This document shows positions 13,039 to 25,900 of a stretch of 64,000 bases of DNA, one piece after another. The notes under the pieces are model-generated. The model was not told where the DNA came from. It saw only the letters and a program-made list of their open reading frames with translations, and ran no database searches. Position 1 is the first letter of the stretch, and each line of letters starts with the position of its first letter. Origin of the DNA: Bugula neritina (lineage: Eukaryota; Animalia; Bryozoa); assembly GCA_964035545.1 (NCBI GenBank), contig OZ037772.1, forward strand, positions 6,990,889 to 7,054,888, read 5' to 3'. A program made the translations under genes and the position numbers.

Positions 13039-13945
13039 TTATTCACTCCAGCAAGGAGAAGCTAGTACGCCGTCTTCTATACTGATTGCACTATTTATAA
13101 CTCTTGGCAACTTGTCATGACTAAGCTTTTTTAGTGAGACACCTGTAAAATATAATCAAGAAATTGTTGTAAGCAATCGATCAATATTCTCTTAGAAAAT
13201 CATAGAGTATGTATAATCAGAGGTATAAAATCTGGTTATATAATGTCAATGCATTGATAATCCTCTTTTGTAAACTATCAACAACACATAATATGTGTTG
13301 TTGATAGTTTACAAAAGAGGATTATCAATGCATTGACATATTATATTTACAAGGCATAGGATGTTTTAATTTGGAATGTATTTTACAAATAACAAATGCA
13401 GTAAGTACTTTACATGTATTGTATATGTGTTAACGATGTTGTGTGAAAATGTGTGAAAATTTCAGGAATTTTCAAATTGATAAATGTTGCAGCAATAAAT
13501 TTGAAGTTTGAAAAATTTTAAGTTTATCTCTTTTTTTGCTAATTAAGTTGGATGGCCGTATTCAAATCACTACTTAATAGATCGAAGCTTTATCCACAGG
13601 AGAGATAATGTAGATAGCTTTTACATAGTTAACTGCACAAACATAGATAAGCCCATTAGAATCCGAGCAGACTCCACTGCCTTTGTTCAAACCATCACAT
13701 GTCCAGACTGTTGTCAGCTTTCCATTCTCTACTTTGTACTTTATCAGTTTGTTTCTACCAACTCCTAGCAGATGACCATCTGGTAGAAAGTGTAGACCAA
13801 CTGGATGCACATTAGAATAAATAGTCTCTGTCTGTTTAGTGATGAAGTCATAGATGATCAGCAGTTTAGTATCTGAACTCTTCACCACCACATGTCTGTC
13901 GGAGACTGCCGTTGTTGATGCACTAGTGCCTGTTTTAATAAAATG
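13039..13945 (-). pseudogene. Orphan TRIM propeller fragment: 3' half of exon 6 (about 13594-13945) plus exon 7 (13039-13142)
   Basis: Translates AVSDRHVVV..YDFITKQTETI..HPVGLHFLPDGHLLG..YIISPV. The donor is mutated GT to AT. Exon 7 (GVSLKKLSHDKLPRVINSAISIEDGVLASPCWSE*) has a premature TAA. Confidence 0.85.
13243..13339. repeat. Perfect palindrome, 48-bp arms with 1-nt spacer
   Basis: 13243-13290 is the exact reverse complement of 13292-13339. Confidence 0.95.
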
Positions 13946-14175
13946 CAACTTATAATACTCTTCTGGCCTGTAAGAGGGTATGTAAAGTTACTCATGAAGT
14001 TTGTTTATGACATCTTGTTTTTTATAAAAACATTTCTTTTAATTTTACTGAATAAAACCAGGTTATGCAACCCGTAACATTCAGATAATATAATGTTATA
14101 TGTCGATCAACGTCAAAAAACTATTTATTTGATACTAGAAACAATTGTGGAAAAGCATTTGAGTGGAATACGATA

Positions 14176-14313
<138 letters not shown>

Positions 14314-14692
14314 GTAAAAATTTGCGTTTATGTCTACACGTGGTGGAAAGCTCTTTTCGTTTGTTGAGGGAAGATAATTCCGGTTGTTTTAAAATTATAT
14401 ACTTCTCATAGTTGCATAAATTACATCTATTGGTTAGGTTTGAGTATGATTTGCAAATCTTTAAAATATTCCATTTTAAGCTGAATTTCGTTTTGTTGTC
14501 TTTTAAATTCCAGATGTGTCTGCTGAGTTGCGTGCTGTTAGCTTTATCTGCATGTAGGAAAGAGGCTTTGTGGTTATTGAATCTGGTTTTGAAGGTAGTC
14601 GAACAGAGTCCTATGTATGAATGGCTGGAATTATTGTCATGCCTTGTTACAGTTGCTTGGTATATTACGTCTTTGTATAAGCATTTACCATT
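14314..14692 (-). mobile_element. Penelope-like element fragment (C-terminal GIY-YIG endonuclease)
   Basis: Open frame [69 protein letters not shown]. Bounded on both sides by TA repeats and absent at the paralogous TA tract at 57794-57928. Confidence 0.85.
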
Positions 14693-17600
14693 TATATATA
14701 TATATAAAGCAATTATTACTTTCTTATAATATGTTAATAGCATTTTGATAGGTTTTTTTCTGACAATAATGATGAATTGTGTCATTCCTTAGAAATGTTA
14801 CACTAATTTTCAACATAATTAAGCTGTTATTTATTATGTTAGTTGAAATATTAATTCATAAACAACAAATAGTTTCGCAATCGTGAGGAGTTTATTAGGA
14901 TATAATACTTTATTGACATAGTATAAATCACGAGCAAATGATGAAACATTTTTAGGCATTGCAATTGGACATATACTCACGGTGTAATATTATAAAACAA
15001 ATTTGGTATTAAAAGAATCTTTAAAATGCTTAGTAATTATAAGTATTACAATATGTTACATTAAGATATGCATATACACTTATAGGCATTACGAATTTAT
15101 AGTGATACATGAATTATATAAGATGTAATAATGATACTACATTTACTTTTTATATAATCATAAACATATTGTTATTTTAGTTAAAGGGCGAAAGGCTTTA
15201 AAAAGCTACATACACAGATGTGCAGTTTCATGGCAAGATGGAATTATTTTTAAAGTACTATATATAAGTCAAATAACCAATGTGCAATAATCAGCAATCA
15301 ACAGCTAGTTCAATTGACTACTTCAAACATGTTCAGGTTGTTATTTTGAAGAGATACAGCTTCCTGTCATCCCAACCAGGTACAGCCAGTATTCCATCTC
15401 TGATACTTGGTTCTCCGGCAAATACAGTTGGTAACTTATCATGAGTCAGTGTCTTGAGAAGGCCATCTGTTTAAAAAAAGCATAAAATACAGTGGTAATG
15501 ATGTTGAATTACACTAAGTTTTATACAGCAAAATAAAAACATCTGCTACATTATAGCAATTTACTCTAGGAACCAAGAATTATATTATCCATTCAACGAA
15601 AGTTTGATATGTTACATAAAAAGAGTATTGAGTACATTTGAGCCACTAATTTTCATACTATAGTAATTATTGATATTAGCAAAATTAGTGTTATTTCCGA
15701 CTTAAGTTTGGCTCAAAGCTCATATATCTAATACACTTTAATTTATCCATCTCTTGTATTCAGGGGCTCTCACTTGTTTCTACATATTTTTTCTATTATA
15801 CCTGAATAATATATGCTAATTGATTTTTATTATAAACCGTACCTGATGGAGAAAGGATGTGAAGGGATTTCAAACTTTTTCCAGAAACATAGATGAAACC
15901 ATTAGAGTCTGCACAGACACTGTATCCGTCTGTTACATCATCACATGTCCAGACTGTAGTCAGCTTCCCATTCTCTATTTTGTACTTTATCAGTTTACCT
16001 CCACCAACTCCTAGCAGATGACCATCTGGTAGAAAGTGTAGACCAAAGGGATACACGTCAGGATGAATAGTCTCTGTCTGTTTAGTGATGAAGTCATAGA
16101 TGATCAGCTGTTTAGTATCTGGATGATCCACAACAACATATCTGTCAGTGACTGCCATTACTGCTGCACCATCACCTGTTCTATCAAACTGAAACAGTTG
16201 TTGTCTCTTTGTGATGTCACCAGCTAGACACATATCTACCCTAGATATGCCATCTTCTCTGTGTAGAATGAATGCATTCTGAATAGTCTCAATTACCCCT
16301 GTTACTACCTTCTCACTTGTACTGTATTCACTCATCTCATTACCATCTCTACTCAGTAACTGTATTCCATTTCCAGTACCTATGAGTATGTCACCATCTT
16401 GTCTGTGATTGGCTGAGTAACACCCACCACTTGTCTCATGCTCAGATATGAATGTCAGTGAAGAAGGAACTGTTACTAGACTGACATTCAGCAGTCTACT
16501 TGTGTCCTCACCTTCAATATAATATGATGTAAAACTGGTCAAGTATGCTTCTGACTAATCATTCTTATGCAAAATCCTTTTACAAGCTTATTAGAAATTT
16601 ATTTATTAAACTAGCAGCTTTTGCAAATAATAGTTTAACTTGGCTTTTACAGCGTGCTTTTAGAAATCATTGTCCAAATTGAAAGCCGCCTACAGTTTTA
16701 GCATTCTATTGACATCTATAGAAAACTAAAAACATCACTGTGTCATTGTTATATTACAGTATATTGTTGTTTTATATTATCATTGTCATATAGCAGTAAA
16801 TCAGTTAAATTTTTATTAATCTGCATCTGTTTTGGTTACATTGACAAAGAATTTGGTTCATAAAATATATTGTCCATGTTTATTTTTGTTACCATTTTTT
16901 CTAGTTTGTTTAGTAAATTATTGTCCACATATCTACCAGAACATGGAGGGGGAGAAAGAAAATATAATTCACAAACAATATACTTTATAACATTATGACT
17001 AAATTAAAGCATTTTAAATCGAGGCAGATTTGCCGGGCACACAAGCATTCTCATATTAGTTTTTGGAGAAAAACAACCTTTATATACTTCAGAATGGCAT
17101 AGGATATGCATCCTCCCATTAAAAATTAAAAAAACAACCTATGTAGCCCAGAATGGTAAAATAATAGTTTTCTGTGTTGACAGCTTACTTTTCTGTATAA
17201 GTGTTCAAGTTAGAACTCTGATTTTATATGTTTACTGATAAAGCGATGCAAAACATATATCTCATGAAATGAAGACAGCTTACCTGTGTGTATCAGAGTT
17301 GGTGGATCAGCAAGTTCACAATCATCCAGTTTATCTGCCTCATGTTTGTCCAGCTTTTCTGCTATTCTCTTTTTCTGCCTGATCTGCTCAGTTACATGAC
17401 CATCTTTTAGAAGTCGAGTTAACTCAGTTTGTGTTTTTTTTCAACCCATCTTCTTTTGTCATCAGCTTGGTGTGAAAGCCTTCAACCTTGGCTGTCATTT
17501 TTTCTTTGTGGTCTCTAACTTTGTCTATCATTCCTTGACTCTCCAGCCTTATTTTTTGTATCTGCATAAAATATATAACCAGTTTTTTACCATTTCTAAT

Positions 17601-17698
17601 TGTCAACTGATTTCCAGAACATTGAACAAAGAATTCCATGTTGACAATAACCATTATATTATTGTCTCTCAAATATACAAAGCATAAAACGTTATATT

Positions 17699-17752
17699 GG
17701 GATTTGTAAATAGTGAATACAACCATGGTTGTATTCACTATTTACAAATCCC
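17699..17752. repeat. Perfect palindrome, 27-bp arms, in gene B intron 4
   Basis: GGGATTTGTAAATAGTGAATACAACCA|TGGTTGTATTCACTATTTACAAATCCC. Paralogous introns carry only the left arm. Confidence 0.95.
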
Positions 17753-18477
17753 TATCTAAAATGTCATGCAATCTGGTAAAATTTCTGGCAGGTTTTTTGA
17801 AAACTTGTTTAGTAGATTTCCACATTGCTTAAACTCATGAATGTTTTATTGCTTTGAGAAGCCTAATAATCTTATCATAATATGATTTGCCATTAGGTAA
17901 TTTTTGTTATGAAAAGAACATTTATTTTATATTGAAATACTTCCAGAAAATAATTCCGTAGAATGACTGTACCCACCATCTCATCTCTAACTTTTTCTAT
18001 CTCTGCTGCCATGGCTCCACATTTCTCTTCCTGAACATCCAAATATCTCCATGCCTTCTTGTCCAGGGAATACACTTCATCTATCTTCTGTGAAACTCTC
18101 TCCAGCTTCCCTCTGAGATATTCATTTACTTCCACTTTCAGGGATGTAAGAGACTTGAAGTTATGTTGACCACCATCTAAAATGTACAGCAATATCTTAT
18201 CACAGCGTTTTTTAATAATGACTGTATCTGAAAAGCTATATCTTACTCTATTTTTGAACAAAGTATATATGGTGTTATCTTGAAATAGAATTTTTGTCTT
18301 AGCTTGGATAATATGCACAGTGTTAGAGTTGTATATTGTACCTTCGACACTGTAAATAATAAAGTGATGTCTTCAATAGAAAAAGTAAGCAAAACAATTG
18401 ACTTCAAAATGTGTTCTTTTTAAAACAAAGAAAAACACCAGCACAATGTTTTATCTTTTTGAAATACTTATTTTTAA

Positions 18478-19123
18478 CCCTTACGCGATCAATGGACCAT
18501 ATATGGTCTTTTAGGTAAATAAACAATAGCGCTTACTTTAAACTTCCAGTTTTCAACCGAAAAGCCTAAATTTTTTTGTAATAGATGTTGATAGGGCAGC
18601 TTCGTAATTTTGGGATAATTAGAGCCATTAACTTTTAATAAATTAATAGCTACCAAGCCAGCTAGTTGCTTTTCAATTTAATCCCTAAATTTTGAAATTG
18701 TCGGTAAATTTTAACGCTACTTTCAAACGCATGAAACTGCTGTCAAATTATAGAGAGCCAGTTTAATTTATTCAGATTACATTTAGAAGAACATCTAAAT
18801 AAACAGAAATGTTAAAGTCACTATATTTTGAATCATATTATAAATTAATTGTATCATTTTTAATTTTCAATTTCAAAATGGCGGTTTTGAGAGGTCAAAC
18901 TAAAATGACTGATTTTAGCTAGCATTGAGGTTTCTTGCCACTTTAACAAGCTTTTTATAAAAGATAATACTCTTAAAATTATAATACCCAGTTTATATAA
19001 GGCCAAAATCAAGTGTAACTTTTAAAAATGAAATTGAAAGTTATGCAAAATTTGTTAGCAAATTTCGCGATAAACTCAAACGAGGCTTAAAATTACGTAA
19101 CTTCAAAGTTGATCGCGAAAGGG
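18478..19123. mobile_element. piggyBac-type MITE in gene B intron 3
   Basis: TTAA TSD on both sides. TIR CCCTTACGCGATCAA / TTGATCGCGAAAGGG (14/15). The empty TTAA site is present in gene A near 7075. Confidence 0.9.
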
Positions 19124-21180
19124 TTAATTTTAGCCATCTACAAAAAAAAGGAGAAAGAATATTTTTTAAATTCCTCATTTTCTGGAAGCCAAAACTAGTG
19201 CTACTCAGAAAGTGTGAAGTGTTATAATGAATATCTCCATTGTGTTAGCCACAAAATATAAAATATGCCTCTATGGCACCACTGAACATATAGCTTTCCT
19301 TTCCATCATAATAATGACCAGAAGCTCTAACTACTTTTGAAACTCTGGCAGAATTTGCTCTTGCGTCATAAAAGTTCTCATATGCTCTAAGTAAATACTT
19401 GACTATTTTTTTAAGTACAGATAATACAGAAATTTCTTATATATAACCCAACTAGGTATTCTTGTCAGCTTTTTAAAATTCATCATTATTTTATTAATAT
19501 CCAATGTGAAGTAGTTAAAGGAACAAATTTTCACATGTGTTATAGTCAGCACAACAAATACAGCTATTGATACTGTAAGAAGAACCAAATTGCACTTCAA
19601 CTTCTGTGTTTATTAACAACTGCTTATTGACAGGTAATCTAGAATAATTAATTTTCTTAAATAGTTAGCAAGTTACTACAATATTACCTGTGCAGTCATA
19701 TCCGTCAATCTCACACTCAAAGCAGATCAGCTTATCACATTTCTTACAAGCTCTCACTAGAACCTCTTGATGATGTTCACATGTTGGTTTATCATAAGTA
19801 GCAGGTGATCTCTTGTAGACATCAATGTCCACTATCTTGTGAGAATCTCCATGAAGTTTGTTATGTACCTACAGCAAAAATTTTTAAACTGTTATGCCTG
19901 CATTATCCTAAACTAATTATAATATTGTACATGAGCTATTTTAGATTTGAAGTAGTAAGAATATACCTGCTGATGTTGAGTACAAAACATAACTTCACAC
20001 TTCACACAGTAACGTGTAGCTATTTGACCTTGACATTCATGAGCTGTACAGTACAGAGTACCAGAATCACCAGTTTCTATGGTAACCTTTGGTAAACCTT
20101 CAATCTCCAGTGATACAAACACTTCACTGCAACATATTACTAAGTTAACTATAATACATATTTCAAACAGTTGTGTGTGCAGGTCGCTTCATGTATATAA
20201 TATCTCGGAGGTAACAGCAATCCTATAATCACTTGTTGACTCTTATTGTTTGAAATGGGATTTTCTGATAAGGTACAATATTTCAAATTACTCAATGTAA
20301 TTAAACAACTCACTCAGGGATATTTGGGTGTAGTAATTTCAAAAACTTTCAATAGAGCACAACTTTTTATATTAAACTTTTATCAGAGGCTTCTCTCGTT
20401 TTTTCAAATACTGCTCCTGTACCCTTTCATACAGGTTCTTGCAAGATTATAGTATAACTTGTAATATATGAGCTATTTATAAAATGTGTAGGTTATACAT
20501 AGTACTCACCCACAAGTAGGGCAGGTCACAGTTCTATGTTTACTGTAATGTCCTTGAATACAACTCAAACAGAATACATGCTGACAAGGCAGCTCTCTTG
20601 GATCTCTCATGTCATCCCTCTTAGAGACACAATAACCACACTCATACCAATCTGGTAGTTGCTGGGCAGCCATCTTTAATTGCTTTATGAATCAAAAAGT
20701 TTGGGTAACTTTATAAGGTATAAAGACATTTGGTATTAAAGCGTTTATATACCATTACTTGTACAAAATACCAAGGCAACTGTGTTTATAACAAGTTGTA
20801 AAATTTATTAATTAAAACAACCTTAAAGCACCTAACTTTTTATCATGAGAAAATCAAGCTCAGCAACTATAATAATCATACTATAATAGTAACTAGTATG
20901 CATTTTCTAATATTTATCATTAGGTTCTAGAGATCAGTTATATTTGGTTTTATTCTACATATTTTAGCACTCACCTTTATTCCTCTTGGTTGGTCCTGTT
21001 TGTAGTCAAGTTTGAAATCAAATCATTGCAGTTCCCTAACTGTCTAGTAAGCAGTTTCATTTTTTAATGTTTTTGTAGCCTCCCTTCCAAACTTTATAAA
21101 GCTCCTTTACATAATCACATCACGCTTTATCAGGGTATAGTAAGAGTGGTTATATTAACCTTTTATAATTGGGCTAAATA

Positions 21181-21191
21181 GGGAATTTCCC
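21181..21191. promoter_or_regulatory. kappaB-like motif GGGAATTTCCC upstream of gene B
   Basis: Matches GGGRNNYYCC on both strands, about 0.5 kb upstream of the ATG. The paralogous site at 2000-2010 is GAGAATTTCTC. Confidence 0.35.
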
Positions 21192-21872
21192 AATTGTAAA
21201 ATTATTGTTCTCAAGTTCAATCCCACAATCAAGGCTATATTGTTTTAATAAGCAAACCATGTTTATATTTTAAATCATAATAAAATGTATTCAATAGAAA
21301 AACACTAGTCCCTTTTGTTTTTTGTAAAAGGATCAGTCTGCATAACTCTGTAGATCTGTAAATAATACATCAACATATATTTAGCTTGGCATTGCTCAAC
21401 ACTTAGTTACCCTATCAATAAGAATGTACACAAAGAGTTTCAGTTGTTAGCAACGTAGCACGTCACCTTTTTGTATATGATTGAATAAAATACTCTGCAA
21501 AACTTCCGTAGTATGTGCGTTGTAGCTCTATTAAAGTCGTTGCAGTAAAAGCGCATGGTGGTTTTATACTTTATAGCAAGGCTATTAGTATATTGACAAA
21601 ATTCATATCTATCCACCTGGCTGAGCTAGTTTTTTTTAAACTCAGGCTGACTGCAGTATTCTAAACAGTATTGAATAAAGTTTTGGCATTGCCATCTACA
21701 ATTGAATAGCTCATTTGTTTCATATGTATAATGAGTCCCAAAACATGGGAATGACTTGTTTACCCCACTTTTTACAACATCTAAATTCAAAGTCACTCCA
21801 GGGTCAGGGTATTATTGCCTGTAACCTTTGGTGAAATGGAGACACCTTAGCAATAAATAACACACTTAAGGC

Positions 21873-21886
21873 ACTTTCGGTTTCCC
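21873..21886 (-). promoter_or_regulatory. ISRE/IRF-E-like motif GGGAAACCGAAAGT upstream of gene B
   Basis: Consensus IRF element, conserved with 2722-2735. Confidence 0.4.
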
Positions 21887-22939
21887 TACGCGTAGCCTAC
21901 TGGGTCCACGAGGATATTTGAAATTACTTTGCATTAGCAAACTCTCTCCCCCCACTCTATTGGTATAAAATTGAATAACTCCCAGTCATGAAAATCTAAA
22001 ATTTTGACCTGCTGATATAATTTGAATTGGTCAGTTGCTGGTGTCTCCACGGCAACTGAAACGTCTAAGCACTGCAGTTTCTATAATATTTCTAGTCTAG
22101 ATAAAAATATTTATTGCAATCTAGTACTGTAGATTGTGGTGTATTATAATTAGAGGAAATGTTACAAAGTTTATTTAAAACAAGCTCAGGTTTCTCTGCA
22201 GATTTTGTATGTTTAATTTTTCTCTTAGAATAAAGAAGGTTTTTTAAGAGTTTATCAGAGTCTGCAAGAAATAAAACTACAAGGTCTGCAATAATATATG
22301 ATACTTTCGCTATGTTCATCAAAGTTGTAGCTTCTAAATATGTTATCATCCGAATTTTCTTCTTGTTGCATGCGAGTAATAAATTAATTTATTAATAGAT
22401 GAGCTCCACTTTAGCAAAAAAATGTTTTGTAAAGTCATGGGATAATGAAAGCATTAGTATAGGTTTGCAATGAACATATAAACACAAATATATTTTACTC
22501 TGTTGTATATAAAATGTTTTTTACATAAGTTAAATCAAGACATTACTAAAATATTATTAAGATGAGTCGTGTGGATTAAAATATACTTTCTATAATAAAG
22601 AGGTGCTTCTGTAGCAAAATCACTCTTACTCCTGGGCATCTAAGTTAACTGAGTTTTGTGTTTTCTAAAGTATGTTATAAGAAACAAAATCAAATATTAT
22701 ATTCAAAGTTGTAGTAGTTGTTTAGATAGATATATCAATTGTATGTATTTAACATCAAATTGGCATCTGTGCAGACAATATGTTATAGGTGCTAATTAAA
22801 CTTTCTCATGACGAAACTAAAATCAAATAGTTTGACAGCATATGCATTGTAAGTTTGATGATATTGTCATATTTTTTTGGACAAATGATACCAAATCAAA
22901 AGGAAATGGTTTTACATATATATAAGATGAGTAAAACTA

Positions 22940-25900
22940 CACAGAGAGAAATATTAGTGCAGTGCTTGCACTAAAGTTGTTCAAAGAGCCTTTTATTGTC
23001 GGTATAGCCTGCACCACACCTCTAATAGTTGTTAGACCTGCACTTATTTTGATGAAATTGAAAATTAATCCGATTAGTGTAAGCCGAAAAATATTTTGTA
23101 GTAGCTCTGAAACCACTTAGTTGTTAAGTCAACGCTACTTTTCACAAGTATTACGTAATTATCATCCCTAGGTCTGAATGAAGCTAAACAGTAATTGATA
23201 GGAGCAGAAAGTGAGATCAATGCTACAACTACATATGTTTAAGCAAAATTTTATTTACATAAGAATTATGGAACAATCCGCAGTTGTGCACCTAACAACA
23301 TTATTAGTTCACATGTGCACTAATGATGATCACAAACCTTTATAGGAAGCTAGGATAGAGTTGAACCCTACATTTGGGTCATTTCGATTGGTGCTTCCCA
23401 GTTAGATGCTATTTATACATTTTACGTGCAATTTATTTGAATACTATTGAAATATATGTGCATTTAAATAAATTTGAGTCAATTGCTTTTTATAATTGGC
23501 ACACAAATAAATTTCTTTGCTCTGCATGAACCTATTAATTTTGCATTTTCTATATTTTTCGTTTTTTGAAAAAATGTTATTATTAATGCATTTAATGGTT
23601 TTTTTCAACACAAATTTGAAAAAATTTAAATATTATTGCAATTATATCATATTAATGGTTATTTTATGTTTAGCAATTGATATGAAAGTTATAATTTTAT
23701 AAGGGTATATAGGTATATAATACTTAGTACCAAAACAAAGAATACAACCTAACTGAGGAGCATATAAGTGGAATGAAACTCCTTCAACCTACTAGCTGTT
23801 TATGATTTCGAAATTTTTTTGAACCCAAGACATTTTCAAATAGCTTGTTACCAGACTACTCTTAAACATTGCCCCACTCCGTTTATCAAAGACTTAAGTT
23901 GAATTTATCAACAAAAAATTTCAACTGCACATATCTCTTGCATGGGTAGTTTAGGCTTCACTAGTCAATTTCATTCATGGAAAGGAAAGCCAACTAATTT
24001 AAAATGTGTGTAAAAGAGAGATCAGGGAGATGCACCATTAAACTCCAATGTACTCAGTTATCAGCAAATGTGTTTCAAACAAGAAGCTTAAAATTAACAG
24101 TGAAACAAGCTAGTGAATAGTCAATTGTGGATCAGTTGAACCACTTCAAAAGCCTTGTGTAAACTTGTGTAAACTACCTGGTGGAACAAAAGAAGATGTT
24201 GCATAACAGAGCTATAGTAAGGAAATATTTAAATTGTGATTCAAAGGCAAGAAACTGGCTTACCAAGCATCGAAAGCGCAAAACAAAGGTTATTACATAA
24301 CAGCACGTAGTTTTCATTCACTGCTATTGACGGAAGAAATATTCTGCCGACATAGTGAACACCAGAGGCTCAGACTAAGAGGTTGTGCTTTGAGATTCAG
24401 TGAATTTGTGCTTCCAAACAACCTCACAACATGGAAAACATAGAATCATTTCATCACATGGGTAAAGATTGCAGCTACCTCTCAGAGATAGAAGATGATC
24501 ACTTTCTTTCAGAGTTAGGAACTGAAGTTGTCATTGCAGCAAAAGGTAAGCTCAATCATTTGCTTAACGTTGTCATTTTGATTTTATATCACAATCACAA
24601 TGACAGTATGACTATTGCTGTAGACAGATAATTGAATTTGTGCAACTATAACTTTTAAGAAACCACATTAACTGATATTTCCCAAACTACTCTATTCCTA
24701 CATCAATTTAATACAAGTTTTCCTGTAACAATATATTTTCAAAAAATGTAGCGTTTTATTTCCGCTTCACCTTCTAGCAATTTGTGCTAAATTCATTAAT
24801 TTGAATTCCCCCCCCCCCATTGTAAAAGTATTCATGTTGTTAATAATGCAGTTTAGCAGCCTACAAGTAGTTATTAGCCTTAAGCAGCTGCCAAGCTAGC
24901 TTCTTGTTTTATAGCTAAGTACCAAAATGCCAATATTAGTGGTGAGTTGGCAAAGCTGGCAAAATTTTTTATTAACTTCCGTGCTACCAGTTTATTCTTT
25001 TATTTATCTTTGCACAGCACAATTAAATATAAAAACATGTTTAAGTAGCAATATTTTTCTTGGTAGTACTTTCTTTGTTTTTCAATTTATAGACATACTG
25101 AAACTTATCAATATTTGTTATCTCGATATGAGGGGTCCATATAAAATGCTGACTCTAACTACTGTGTCATACTAATACAGTTTAAATATTACCCAACTTT
25201 TATCTTTTGTTGTAGATCCCATAACATTTTTTAAGAACATGCACTCACAGATGCTGAATAGGAGCACAAAAAAAGAATTTGACCACTACAAAACTTTGAA
25301 TCATGCTGAGACCTTCAGCCTGCAAGCAGGCGCACTCACCACTACATTACAAGCGTCACTGGGTGCTCTGGACACTACACCTCACCCACTTTTCAAGAAC
25401 TCAGCTGCCTTTTTTATACTACTCCTTCAAGCTTCCCTGACCACTCAACTCCTCTCGGAGTACTACCACACTTTACTAACCGCTGGAATTAGTTATAAAA
25501 CTTCCCCCTCTCCCCCCTCCCGTACTTGGGTTACTATCACAGACCTCAGACTTGCACACAGGTGTGCTAACCATTACACACCACAACTGCTTGGGTTATC
25601 GCTACACTACAGAGCAAGAATGTAATGACACACACTATGGTCTTAGCAGGTTCTGCTAATATTGAGAAAAGTTAACTGAATTTACAGTCGCAGAAAAATT
25701 CTGCAAATGTTTATTTTCATGTTTTTTTTCTTATTTTAATCTTTAGAAGTTATTTTTTGTTGCATTTCTTATATTCAAGTATCATATACAATAAAATCCA
25801 CATTACTATACTCTCATACTGGTTAGAAGTTATAACAAGTTAGTTCAGAGTGATCAGTAATAATTTTTGCAGAAGCTTATTTCCAACAAAAATTAGAGCA

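Larger units (their letters stand above)
15333..20673 (-). pseudogene. TRIM gene B: full 7-exon structure with a +1 frameshift in exon 5 (A8 homopolymer); may be intact if this is a sequencing error
   Basis: Exons 20510-20673, 19967-20126, 19688-19868, 17977-18176, 17284-17561 (278 nt versus 277 in paralogs), 15843-16511, 15333-15466. All introns GT-AG. The T8 run at 17434-17441 gives GLKKNTN*. All other exons are open. Confidence 0.8.

Noticed and set aside
17189-17561. Rescue of the gene B frameshift by the duplicated donor (278+95 nt restores phase 1)
   Set aside because: A TGA at 17424-17426 follows the frameshift immediately, well before either donor.
22940-22960. RAG recombination-signal-like CACAG ends on two elements near a variable gene family
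   Set aside because: No CACAGTG heptamer with spaced nonamer. They are TIRs of ordinary insertions with 2-bp TSDs.
25295-25592. tRNA genes
   Set aside because: Only degenerate A-box/anticodon-arm-like pieces without a convincing T-arm or acceptor stem. At most SINE-like relics.
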